Origin: Planctomycetota bacterium
Lineage (GTDB): Bacteria; Planctomycetota; SZUA-567; H5-PLA8
NCBI GenBank assembly: GCA_038227875.1
Contig: JBBRPR010000011.1
Coordinates: 1 to 64,000, forward strand
Direction: 5' to 3'
DNA: 64,000 bases
A model generated the notes under the pieces. The model was not told the DNA's origin and ran no database searches. It saw only the letters and a program-made list of their open reading frames with translations. Numbering within the stretch: the first letter of the stretch is position 1; each line of letters begins with the position of its first letter. Positions 16,929 to 26,648 of this stretch are shown here, piece after piece. Both the position numbers and the translations under genes were made by a program.

Positions 16929-19832
16929 TCAAGGCGCGGTCGGTATGGGCGCATGGTGACTGGCGCAGTTTTCGAGCGCCTTCCGGCCGTCGGCCTCGCG
17001 GCCGTCAGCGAGGCAGGAAAAATATTCGCCCATCGCGCTTTCCGTGTTGGCCGGGTTGATGATCAACTTGATGCTGCGATGGGTCCGGTGCATGTCGTTG
17101 TTGATAATCTCCGCCAGGCTTTTGGCTTCTTCAGGATCGGTTGCATTGAACAAGGGCCATTCAAACGAACTGCGGTGATTGGGCCACGTCCGGCCGTATT
17201 CTTTCAAGAGCGAGAGCGCGCGTAGAACGTCGGGATTCTTGACGATCGCGTCACGCAGGCTGCCGGCTTTGACCGCGTTGAACCCCAGCATCGAGTCCAT
17301 TGCCAACGAACGGCGATACTTGGCGACGAAGTCGCGAAACGCGGGCTCTTGTTTTTCGAGGGTCTTGCCGGCGCGCGTGAGCAGTGCTGAGATGAGCACC
17401 CAGCGTGTGTAATGGGACGGTTCACTCGCCACGGATTGCTCGGCCAGCATGACCACCCGGTCAAAGTCGGAGGCTTGTCCCAGGATTTCAGCTTTGGTTA
17501 GCGTGTCCGCCAGATCTGCGTTCAGCAGCGCGATCACGCGCTTATCCGTAGGGTGTCCAGCAAGCAGTGTTTCGAGCCGGCGCTGGCTGGTGGCCAGTTC
17601 CTGTTTGCCGACGTCGTCCTTGCCGCCTTTCATATTTTCCAGGGTGCGATCTTCGAACTCCGTATCGAGCGTGGTCTCAGCCAGTTGCGCTTTGATTTGC
17701 TTCAACTTGGCGAGATTATCGGTCGCCTGGTGGAACTCCTGCAGCGTGTTGTAGACCGACGGGCTGCGCGGCGCGAGCACGACCAGTCGTTCGAGCATCG
17801 TGATGCCCTTGATGTAGCTGGGATGAGCGACGATGCGCTTCACGAATTCCTGCTCGCCGGCCCGATCGTTGTAGAGTGCGGAAAGATGTTCCCTCTCGGG
17901 CGTGGTATCCAGCGCCTTAAAGTTGATCGCATCGCCAATCGTCGCCCGCACGGCATCCGCAAGCAGGAACTCCGCATAATTGTGCATCAGGGTGGTGTCA
18001 CTCGGCTCGAGTTCGTACGCGGCTCCGAGCATTTCGAGGCCCTTGTTAAATTCCACGCCTTCATGGGTGATGTTGTACAGTGCGAACGCCGCCAATGAGC
18101 CGTTGTTCAGCGTCGCGGGGCTGCGCGGGAGAGACGCGTATCCGTCCAACCCCTTGTGGTAGTAATCCGCGGCAAGATTCTTCTTGCCATCGCGGGCCGC
18201 CTGCCGTCCCAGCGTCACGTTGAGTGTCGCGGTGTTGTGAACTTCATTGAGGTTGGTCAACTGCAGCCATTTAATTTCGTCCTCCAGATCGATAAAGGTG
18301 CAGGCCCGAGAGCCGGCGATCTCGTATTTTTTCTCCTTATCCGTCTCCTTGCCGTATGCCTCTTCCAGCATCGCGCGTGCCTCGCTGTGCGCTCCGACAG
18401 CGCGGTAGACGCCGGCGACCCGCTGCAGATTTTCCGGAGTCCGGCCCTTTGCCGCGAGCAGGTCGTCGAATTGCTTTTTGCCCTCATCGTGCTTGCCGAG
18501 CCAGTAGAGCACCTGTCCGTAAAAGACGCGGTATTGATCGTTTTGACCCGCGGCGCCGCGGATCGCGGTGAACAGCTTCTCCGCAGCTTCGAGTTCCGGC
18601 TTGCGTTCCGGCCCGGACATGGCCTGCGCGCGGCGCAGCCGCACGATGCCCAGGTCGAGTGCCACGGGGACGATCACGCTTTCTTTGCGCAGCGTCTCCT
18701 CGCACTGTTTCAGGGCCGCGTCGTTTTTCATCGCGTTCGAGATGTACTCGTCGACTTTCGCGCTCTGCTGGTCCTTAGACAGGTGCTCATATTGCGTATA
18801 GAAACTCGGCGGCGCGGCGCCACGCCGCAACTGTTCCAGGGCCCGATCCGAAACCGACTGCGCCATCGAGGTGTAATTGCTTTCGGCAGCATGGTAGCTG
18901 GCCAACCGGGCTTCGGCGTACGGTGAGAGCAGCTTGTAAGCCGCCTCATTCTGGTCCTTGCCGGCGAAGATTTCGCCCAGAATGCGCGCGCCTTCGGACG
19001 AGCCCAGGTCGGCCTGCAGCGGCGTGAGCAACTTTTCGCAGCGGTCAAACTCCTTGCGGTTTTCGAAGATCAGCGCCAATTCCGAGGCGTGGGGAATGTC
19101 CTTGGGGTTCTTCTCGACGCATTTCTGCAACACCGCTTCGCGCGTCGCGGCGTCCGGCTTGGTCTTCTGGAGCAGGGCCAGGCCATCGAACAGTTGCAGC
19201 GCGGCCGCGGGATCGGTTTCCTGCAGCGCCGCCATTCGCACACTGGCGGCCGCGAGCGCAGGGTCCCGTTCGTTCGGCGGAAGGGAGGACGACAACTGGA
19301 GGAGTCCCAGCGCTTCGGCCACCGGTTCGGTCGGAATTTTGGCGGCGAGTATGGCGCTCAGCTTGACGTGCGCTTCCGCCGAATGCGACGTGTTCGAGTT
19401 GGCGACGTCGGCGTAAAGCCGTGCCGCCGCCAGGCTCTGCCCCTGGGCTTCCTTCTCCTGCGCGCTGGCGAAGTTGCTCGAGAAGATGTACTCGCGCGAA
19501 TGGGTATGCTGCTCCCAAGCGCTCATGCCGCAGCCGAAGAGAACCGCCAGCAGCAGCGCGAAGTTCACGCTCTTGGCGAACAGCGAGAGCGGTTCGCGGC
19601 CAATGAAATACCAGCGCCCGCCTCCGGCGTCGACCACTCGGTAGGCGCAGAGCGGCAAAACCGGAATGAAGACGATGCAGAGGCAGTACGTTTTTACATA
19701 GGAATTCGTTTCCTTATCGTAGTCGCGCCGCCCGTAGATACTCAGCCCGCAGCCGTTGAGCATGAACAGCGGCGGCGCGCCGGAGATGCGCTTGAGCCCC
19801 GGGAATTTCTCTTTCCAATCGATATCGCCCAT
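16929..19832 (-). CDS. Large membrane-anchored TPR-like protein
   Basis: Small N-terminal domain (NGCGLSIYGRRDYD...VFIPVLP..AYRV), a TM helix, then helical repeats. Confidence 0.8.
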   Translation of the reverse strand: MGDIDWKEKFPGLKRISGAPPLFMLNGCGLSIYGRRDYDKETNSYVKTYCLCIVFIPVLPLCAYRVVDAGGGRWYFIGREPLSLFAKSVNFALLLAVLFGCGMSAWEQHTHSREYIFSSNFASAQEKEAQGQSLAAARLYADVANSNTSHSAEAHVKLSAILAAKIPTEPVAEALGLLQLSSSLPPNERDPALAAASVRMAALQETDPAAALQLFDGLALLQKTKPDAATREAVLQKCVEKNPKDIPHASELALIFENRKEFDRCEKLLTPLQADLGSSEGARILGEIFAGKDQNEAAYKLLSPYAEARLASYHAAESNYTSMAQSVSDRALEQLRRGAAPPSFYTQYEHLSKDQQSAKVDEYISNAMKNDAALKQCEETLRKESVIVPVALDLGIVRLRRAQAMSGPERKPELEAAEKLFTAIRGAAGQNDQYRVFYGQVLYWLGKHDEGKKQFDDLLAAKGRTPENLQRVAGVYRAVGAHSEARAMLEEAYGKETDKEKKYEIAGSRACTFIDLEDEIKWLQLTNLNEVHNTATLNVTLGRQAARDGKKNLAADYYHKGLDGYASLPRSPATLNNGSLAAFALYNITHEGVEFNKGLEMLGAAYELEPSDTTLMHNYAEFLLADAVRATIGDAINFKALDTTPEREHLSALYNDRAGEQEFVKRIVAHPSYIKGITMLERLVVLAPRSPSVYNTLQEFHQATDNLAKLKQIKAQLAETTLDTEFEDRTLENMKGGKDDVGKQELATSQRRLETLLAGHPTDKRVIALLNADLADTLTKAEILGQASDFDRVVMLAEQSVASEPSHYTRWVLISALLTRAGKTLEKQEPAFRDFVAKYRRSLAMDSMLGFNAVKAGSLRDAIVKNPDVLRALSLLKEYGRTWPNHRSSFEWPLFNATDPEEAKSLAEIINNDMHRTHRSIKLIINPANTESAMGEYFSCLADGREADGRKALENCASHHAPIPTAP

Positions 19833-20266
19833 GAAGTGCCTTTCATGCAAAAAGTAGAATAAGAATGCGAATGCGGTAAGAACTTAAATCTGCAGCGCGC
19901 GAATTCAATATGTTCGTGAGAAAAATGTTCGATCTAAACAGTTTTTGACGCTGTCGACGTGAGCAGAAATGTCCGATGAGCCGTGAAACGCGACGGCGCA
20001 GGGCCGCCGCTTCACTAAACGACGCGCCTGCAGGTGGGTTAAAAGTGAATATAAGGTATAGGCGATACTGGACTTGACCGACCCGAGCACGCGGACAGGT
20101 CGTGGACAAGTCGGGTTCGCAGATTGGACAAAGCGGGTCATCAACAGGGGTTGTAAACCGTGATTTCGAGATGGGAGAGGCTACCTGACGCGCTAAGGGC
20201 TGGCATCGTGGCAATGGTAAAGGCGGCCCCGTAGCCTGTCGACCCGTCTGTCGCTACACTGCACCC

Positions 20267-20485
20267 ATGTCCGCTAAGAAACCAAGGCAGCTGTCACCAC
20301 CGAAGCCCACGCGGGTCCCCTGCCCGCGCTGTGAGCAGAAGTTCATGTAGCCGGATCGGCGGCGTACCCGACTGTGCCCGAAATGCCGGCAGCGGAAGTC
20401 GCCTCCGGCCCAATTCCATGGCACATCGTTAGTTCAATCTAACCATATGATGATCGCGTTATCCTGTTATGTCGAAAGACTTTAG
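20267..20485 (+). pseudogene. Small zinc-ribbon ORF with in-frame TAG
   Basis: MSAKKPR...CPRCEQKFM*PDRRRTRLCPKC; TAG at 20348-20350 between two CxxC motifs. Confidence 0.5.
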
Positions 20486-20602
20486 GATTCAGCACTTGGA
20501 TCATGAAATTATTGATGCCGGTTCTGTACAACTATCCAACGGAACCCTTCAAGCCGGGGATGTCTCATATCTATACGGTGCACCTATATTGGAGGACTTC
20601 TT

Positions 20603-21598
20603 ATGGAAACTGTTCGTTCGCGCTTTCTCAAGGTTTTTCGAGGCGAGCAACCCACTGACCGGTTGCCTGTTATGGAATGGGCCTCATGGTGGGATCTGAC
20701 TGTCGATCGATGGAAAGGCGAAGGGTTGCCCGACCATCTCGATAAAACCGGCATCAAGCAATACTTCGGGCTGGATATCGATCAGCAACTCTGGTTTCCG
20801 CAGATAAATCCCAGCGTCAAACGGCCGCCCCATGGTCAAAACTGGATTTCAAATCCGGCCGACTATGATGCGCTTCGCCCTAATTTCTATCCGCAGTCAA
20901 TTTCCTATGATCGCGAACTTTGGCGACAGATTTCCGACAGACAGGCCAAAGGCGACTGTGTTGTCTGGATCACGCTGGAAGGATTTTTCTGGTGGCCACG
21001 AGTTCTGTTTGGCATCGAGCCGCATTTATTTGCGTTCTATGACGAACCGAAACTGATGCACCGAATCAACCAGGATAACCTCGAATACATGATGCGCTGT
21101 CTCGAGGATTTCTGTTCGATTTGCGTTCCTGATTTTATGACGTTCGCCGAAGACATGTCTTACAATCACGGACCGATGATCTCAAAGGCGTGTTTCGACG
21201 AATTTTTGGCGCCGTACTACCGCCAGATCATCCCCCACATCAGGAAACTCGGCATCACTCCGATGATGGATAGCGATGGCGACGTCGAACCAATGCTGGC
21301 CTGGCTTGAGGAGGTCGGCATGGCAGGTATATTGCCGCTGGAGCGCATGGCAGGCGTGGATGTTGCCCGTATTCGCAAGAATCATCCAGAGCTGCTCTTA
21401 ATCGGAGGCTTCGACAAGACTGTGATGCATTGCGGCGAAGCGGCGATCCGAGCCGAATTCGAACGGTTGTTGCCAGTGATGCGCTCCGGATACTTCGTCC
21501 CGAGTGTCGATCACCAGACGCCTCCGGCAGTCTCAATCCCGGATTATCAGCTATACCTCACGCTATTGCGCGAATACTGCTCGCGCGCGGTGCACTGA
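20603..21598 (+). CDS. URO-D / MtaA-CmuA fold protein
   Basis: RSRFLKVFRGEQPTDRLP, AEDMSYNHGPMIS, DSDG, GGFDK, PSVDHQTP. Confidence 0.88.
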   Translation: METVRSRFLKVFRGEQPTDRLPVMEWASWWDLTVDRWKGEGLPDHLDKTGIKQYFGLDIDQQLWFPQINPSVKRPPHGQNWISNPADYDALRPNFYPQSISYDRELWRQISDRQAKGDCVVWITLEGFFWWPRVLFGIEPHLFAFYDEPKLMHRINQDNLEYMMRCLEDFCSICVPDFMTFAEDMSYNHGPMISKACFDEFLAPYYRQIIPHIRKLGITPMMDSDGDVEPMLAWLEEVGMAGILPLERMAGVDVARIRKNHPELLLIGGFDKTVMHCGEAAIRAEFERLLPVMRSGYFVPSVDHQTPPAVSIPDYQLYLTLLREYCSRAVH

Positions 21599-21607
21599 TC
21601 GGCCGAG

Positions 21608-22672
21608 TCAGTAGACACCGAATTTCTGAGCGGTTTGGTACATCGCCAGAACGTTTTCCGTCGGCGAGTTGTCCTGAAGCATATGCGTCGGCGCGAAGCA
21701 ATAGCCGCCCTGAGGCATCATGATCTGAAGCGTTTCGCGTGCGTCACGGACGACTTCCTCAGCGGAACCAAATGCCACCGTTCCGGCGGTGGAAATGCAG
21801 CCATGAAAAGCAAGTTTTCCGCCAAAGCGCGATTTGAGGTAAGACGGCTGCATGTTACGTGCTTCGGGCTGCAACGTATCGACAGCAGCGACTCCCATCT
21901 CAATAAACTCGTCAAATGCCCAGCTGCTTGACCCGCAGCAATGCATCATGACCGGAATGTTGAAAGACTTTGCCAGTTGCAGAAATTTCATATGCCGCGG
22001 TCTGATCACCTTGCGGAATAGATCAACGCTGATCAACGGTCCGGTCTGAGTGCCGAGGTCTTCGCCCAACCACAAAAAGTCAATCCGGCCTTTTGCTGCG
22101 TCCAGTGTTCTTGCGACGACCTCGAGTTGAATCGCCAACTTGCGATCGATCAGCCGCAAACAGGCCTCTTCATCCAGTATCAAGTCGATCAAAACCTGCT
22201 CCATGGTGCGCAGCATCCCGGTGCTGTTAATAATGTCGCCAGTTCCCGCATGCCCAGTGTAGAGGCCATAATTTCCAAGTCTGGCACAGTCGTGCGGTAC
22301 GCTCTCATAATCGAAGTGATCGGGGTTGGGTAGTGGCCAGCGCTCAACTTCTTCCACCGTCGCCTCTTTCAGTGGGAAGTCACAAAAGTCCCAGTATCCG
22401 CCGCTCTGATGTTCGACCCACCGACGGTGGATGCCCCACATGTCTACACTACGGTCCGGAATGTCGGCGTGAAGGACAGGTCCCGTGTAGCGCGGATTGA
22501 TTCCGCGAAAGTCCACCTGCAACTTTCGCAACAGACCTTCCGAATCCTTTTCCGACAGACCGAAATGCTTCTTCAGGCGAGCGTCAATGCCGGGATTGGC
22601 AGAATAATTCAGCGGCACCCGATCCGGAACTTCTCGATGCAGGACATTTAAAATACGCTCTCGTGGATTCAT
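21608..22672 (-). CDS. URO-D / MtaA-CmuA fold protein
   Basis: GGAGG RBS before MNPRERIL...PDRVP; GEDLGTQTGPLIS, HCCG, GGYCFAPTH. Confidence 0.9.
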   Translation of the reverse strand: MNPRERILNVLHREVPDRVPLNYSANPGIDARLKKHFGLSEKDSEGLLRKLQVDFRGINPRYTGPVLHADIPDRSVDMWGIHRRWVEHQSGGYWDFCDFPLKEATVEEVERWPLPNPDHFDYESVPHDCARLGNYGLYTGHAGTGDIINSTGMLRTMEQVLIDLILDEEACLRLIDRKLAIQLEVVARTLDAAKGRIDFLWLGEDLGTQTGPLISVDLFRKVIRPRHMKFLQLAKSFNIPVMMHCCGSSSWAFDEFIEMGVAAVDTLQPEARNMQPSYLKSRFGGKLAFHGCISTAGTVAFGSAEEVVRDARETLQIMMPQGGYCFAPTHMLQDNSPTENVLAMYQTAQKFGVY

Positions 22673-22873
22673 TATTTTTCCTCCGTTCAGATAGTTACCA
22701 TTTCGCGGCAGCAGGTTAAATGGACGCAACGGCAATAATTTGTACTTTATGAAATTTCGAGGAGTTCGCTCTGTTCGCAGACGTGCGACTTTTCGCCAAT
22801 GAGAGAAATCCGTGCAATAGGCAAGTCGCACTAAAATACAATGGTCGCCTCTTTTTATCGACCGTGGACGAAT

Positions 22874-23764
22874 TCATTCAGGGTGTTCCAAGTTGTACTT
22901 CTTCCTCAACTCCGAGGGGCTGCGTCCGTCTTTCCTTCGAAAGGATTTTGAGAACGTATACACATCGCAAAATCCCACCCTCGCTCCGATGTCTTTACAG
23001 GAAAGATTGGTGCTCAAGAGCAGATTCCGAGCGGCTCGAATTCGCAGTTCGCATTGATAATCCATCGGCGCCCGGCCGAAGCGCTTCTTGAAAGCCCGAC
23101 AGAGATACGCGGGTGAAAGTTGCGCCTGTTCCGCAAGGGCATGAAGCGTGAGCGGTTCGTGGTACCGCATTTCCAATGTCCGTTGCACCGCTTGCAACGG
23201 ATCCAGTACGATCGACTTTGAAGCGTAAACACCGTCGATGAGAAACGCGAAAATCTCAAGCAGCTGCGTGTATCCCATAAACAGGTCATTTCGCATCAAT
23301 CGTGTCAGCAGCAGTTCGAATTTCTCTTCCAGCATTCGCGCGTCTACGGACTTCAACTGGTGAGGCATCGCGACGGGCTGAAACTTCAGGCCCGAATAGT
23401 TTGACAACAGATCAGAGAACGGCAGTCGTAAAGGCGATTTTTCAACCAGTTCGAAAGTGACTTCGTGATAGGCGATTTCTCCAGGAAGACAGGGGGAAAA
23501 TGAGTGCGGCTTTCCGGGGTCCGACAGGATCAAAGTCCCACGGCTGACCTTAATTTGATTCCCATTATAGAGAACGCGATTCGAACCTTGGGAAAACAAC
23601 ACGATGTGATACACGGCGTGCGCGTGCTCACGTGCTCCACGCTCCAACTTTTTGCGCGTTCCGAACTCCGCATGCAGAATTGAGAACCGATACGACTTTC
23701 CATTGCTGACGAGTTGCAGCAACTGACCGGCAGTTGGAACAGCTTGAGCGAATAGTCGGGCCAT
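22874..23764 (-). CDS. AraC family regulator (cupin + double HTH)
   Basis: LAEQAQLSPAYLCRAFKK...IGARVGFCDVYTFSKSFRRKDGRSP. Confidence 0.93.
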   Translation of the reverse strand: MARLFAQAVPTAGQLLQLVSNGKSYRFSILHAEFGTRKKLERGAREHAHAVYHIVLFSQGSNRVLYNGNQIKVSRGTLILSDPGKPHSFSPCLPGEIAYHEVTFELVEKSPLRLPFSDLLSNYSGLKFQPVAMPHQLKSVDARMLEEKFELLLTRLMRNDLFMGYTQLLEIFAFLIDGVYASKSIVLDPLQAVQRTLEMRYHEPLTLHALAEQAQLSPAYLCRAFKKRFGRAPMDYQCELRIRAARNLLLSTNLSCKDIGARVGFCDVYTFSKSFRRKDGRSPSELRKKYNLEHPE

Positions 23765-23765
23765 A

Positions 23766-23835
23766 AAGACAATTTATGACAACACATGACAACTTCAACC
23801 ATTGATCTGATCTTACAAATGGCATTTAATGACAA
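23766..23835. promoter_or_regulatory. Phased GACAA direct repeats in divergent promoter, putative AraC-type sites
   Basis: GACAA at 23768, 23778, 23788 (10-bp period) and 23831. Confidence 0.45.
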
Positions 23836-23875
23836 GCGATGAAATGTCCTCGTTACCCAAGTAAAGGACTCCAAC

Positions 23876-25087
23876 ATGCCCACGCTTTCGCTGCCCGACA
23901 CTCAAGAAAACATAGCGGTGATTGAATACAAGCGCATGGCTCGCGCATTGATTTCGGATACCCGTGCTGCGGGTGGACTAGCGCCGCTGGATGTGGAACG
24001 ATTCTGGGCCGACCAGGCTGCCAGCATCAGCAATCCATTTGATCTTCGCACGCCGCAATGCCCGCTGGGCGTGCTGATGAGCCATGAATGCATTTTCGAT
24101 GAACTCGGAATTGAAGAAGACTTCTGGAAACTTGAGAGCGACCCCGCATGGACGCTATCAAAAAAGAAGGAGTACAACGCCATTTCAGAACGCATCGTAG
24201 GGCGCCGACTGCTAAATGAGACCGCGCCGAATTCCTCACTGCAATACCCCAAGGTCAAAGGACTCCATGATATCTTTGAGGCCAAGTATGTGTGGCACTC
24301 GGGATCGTGGTGGCTTGAAAAATCTATTCATTCCGAAGACGAATTGAAATCGTTGCTGGACCGCGTCGAATCGCGTGATGTGCGCTCGTTCATTCTTCCG
24401 CCCAGTTGGGATACGGAGAAGCAACGTCTGACCGCGCTCGGTGTAAAGCCGCCACTCTACCGGTCGCAGCGCGGACCTGTTACCTTCGCCACGTCGATTT
24501 ACGGAATCGAAGAACTCATCTTTTTGATTATCGACAATCCGGATCTCGCTGTGAGATTCAGAAACGCCATCTTGCGCAGCATGCTTGAAATTGCGCGCGT
24601 CCTCGATGAGGAGTCGGGGTTTGCCCCCGGGAACTCACCGCGCGGGTTCTCGTTTGCAGACGACAATTGCTGCATGTTGAATCCGCAAATGTATGAACTT
24701 TTCGGATTCCCCATTCTAAAGGCGATTTTCGAACACTATTCTCCGAGCATTGAGGACACTCGATATCAGCATTCCGATTCGGAAATGTCTCATTTGCTGC
24801 CCTATTTCAGTCAACTGAATATGACTGGCGTCAACTTTGGACCCACGGTTCGCGTGGAGGACATTCGAGCACACTGCCCCCGTGCGATTATCTACGGACA
24901 ACTCGCCCCGTTTACATTCAGTCGAAACGAAGAGGAAGGCATCGTCACTGAGTTTCTGCGGGATTTCAATGCCACAAGGGAGAAGCGAGGCCTGGTCTTC
25001 GCAACTGCTGGTTCAATCAACAACGGCTCTAGGTTGACGGGGATGCGACTGATTATGGCGGCAATACAGCGTTATGGTCGCTACTGA
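23876..25087 (+). CDS. Divergent URO-D fold protein
   Basis: RGPVTFATSIYG, ADDNCCMLNP, HSDS, IYGQLAP, ATAGSIN. Confidence 0.8.
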   Translation: MPTLSLPDTQENIAVIEYKRMARALISDTRAAGGLAPLDVERFWADQAASISNPFDLRTPQCPLGVLMSHECIFDELGIEEDFWKLESDPAWTLSKKKEYNAISERIVGRRLLNETAPNSSLQYPKVKGLHDIFEAKYVWHSGSWWLEKSIHSEDELKSLLDRVESRDVRSFILPPSWDTEKQRLTALGVKPPLYRSQRGPVTFATSIYGIEELIFLIIDNPDLAVRFRNAILRSMLEIARVLDEESGFAPGNSPRGFSFADDNCCMLNPQMYELFGFPILKAIFEHYSPSIEDTRYQHSDSEMSHLLPYFSQLNMTGVNFGPTVRVEDIRAHCPRAIIYGQLAPFTFSRNEEEGIVTEFLRDFNATREKRGLVFATAGSINNGSRLTGMRLIMAAIQRYGRY

Positions 25088-25499
25088 ACGCGGAAGTATC
25101 GGTACCGGACTCGGGCGAGCGGCACTGGGCTTTCGCTCCAGCAACCGCCCGCCCATTACACGAGGATTCAATAGCCACTTATACACACGATAAGAAGACC
25201 TTCAACTCCAAATTATAAATTTCCTGCCTGGAAAGTTCCACCTAGCCGGCGCGCGCCGCAACGACACCAAGTCGTATTTACCAAACGTTCCGCATACGCG
25301 CGGAGGCCGAGTGTTATTGTTGTACCTGTGGAACACTCAGGCCCCGGGGCCTGAAGGTCAAAATGACTCGCATTGCTTTTTGCTTTCCAGCGTTGACCTC
25401 ATTTTCCAAATTGCCTTGCCGCATTCTTTTGTGACGCCTACAATCCTTTCGAATCGATTTGCTTGGCTCGACCCGCGCTTCCGTTCGCTCCCGGTGGGA

Positions 25500-26648
25500 A
25501 TGATGTCGTTGATGATGAAGTCCGTGCATTCCCTAACTCCATTTCGCATCCACACACTGCTGCTTTGCACATTGCTGGTCTTGCTAGCGGGGTGTTCTGA
25601 AGAGTACTCCGGACCGAAGGAGCCTCACGCGGCCATCGAGCAAGGCTGGGTGCTTATTGGCGTTGCGGAGTGGGATCGCGCGGAAGCGATGTTTCAGTAT
25701 GCAGCCGACCACGCCAAGGCCGGCTCGCAAGATTACCTGCACGCGCAATTTGGACTCGGCAACGCCTATCAACATCGCAAGCCGCAAGCAAAGCCGGCGG
25801 AAGCCCTCGACGTGTACACCAAGCTTGCCGCTGAGGACAAAGGCGGCGAGATCGGCGGGTTTGCGGCGCTTTCTGTGGCGCGCATCCACCATCTCAAGCT
25901 CTACGCGCCGGAAAATCTCGACAACTCTCACAACAGCGATTCCACACAGCGGCCCATGTTCACGCCGATACTCTTGATCCTCTCGCTGTTCATTGGCACA
26001 GGCGCCGCCTACCTGCTCAAGAACCGTTCGAAGCAGCAGGGCTTGCTGGCGTTGGCCACGATTATTCTTGCCGCGTGGGGCATCGGTGGTTTCCTCGACC
26101 GCCAAGCACCGGCGGCTGCCGACACTACTTCAGTCAAACCCTCCGCACCCAGTTCGCTTCCCGATGCGGCCGCGCTCGACGCCATTCGCGCCGAGTATCA
26201 GCAGATCGTCGACGGGTTTCCAAATACTCGCGCAGCCGAAGAAGCGGCCATCTGGATCGGTAGCACGTGGATCGCGCAGATGACCCCGGAGAGCATCAAC
26301 ACCGGCATCGCCTACCTGACAAAGTGGGTCGAGGCACATCCCAAGAGCGACTACCTCGCCAACGCCTATCATCAACTTTCCGGCGGGTATGAAATTCAGG
26401 AGAATTACAACGACGATCTCCGTGTCCTGATCAAGTGGGACGAGAACAATCAGGATCCCACGGCCAATCACGCCAGCGCGTGGTTTCGCATTGCGCGCAT
26501 TGCCGATTTGAAAGTTCACGACGAAGCCACGGCGAAAGCGTACTACCACAAATTTCTCGACAAGTACGAAACCGAAGCCCGGCGCTTCCTTGCCGAGCGC
26601 GCACTTCAGCGGCTTGAAGGCGGACCAAAGAAAGAAGGCCAGCCGTGA
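25500..26648 (+). CDS. TPR lipoprotein with internal TM hairpin (start uncertain)
   Basis: Lipobox LLAGC; TPR helices; two hydrophobic helices mid-protein; 4-bp overlap with next gene. Confidence 0.75.
   Translation: MMSLMMKSVHSLTPFRIHTLLLCTLLVLLAGCSEEYSGPKEPHAAIEQGWVLIGVAEWDRAEAMFQYAADHAKAGSQDYLHAQFGLGNAYQHRKPQAKPAEALDVYTKLAAEDKGGEIGGFAALSVARIHHLKLYAPENLDNSHNSDSTQRPMFTPILLILSLFIGTGAAYLLKNRSKQQGLLALATIILAAWGIGGFLDRQAPAAADTTSVKPSAPSSLPDAAALDAIRAEYQQIVDGFPNTRAAEEAAIWIGSTWIAQMTPESINTGIAYLTKWVEAHPKSDYLANAYHQLSGGYEIQENYNDDLRVLIKWDENNQDPTANHASAWFRIARIADLKVHDEATAKAYYHKFLDKYETEARRFLAERALQRLEGGPKKEGQP

Noticed and set aside
20168..20174. GAGATGG as a duplicated tRNA-Thr 3' end (attR)
   Set aside because: Only 7 bp, expected by chance
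20348..20350. Pyrrolysine or stop-codon reassignment
   Set aside because: TAG and TAA end ordinary genes in this window (e.g. map, rplQ) and no pyl genes are present
20603..25087. Calling these genes hemE
   Set aside because: No RQAGR-type HemE signature and no tetrapyrrole context
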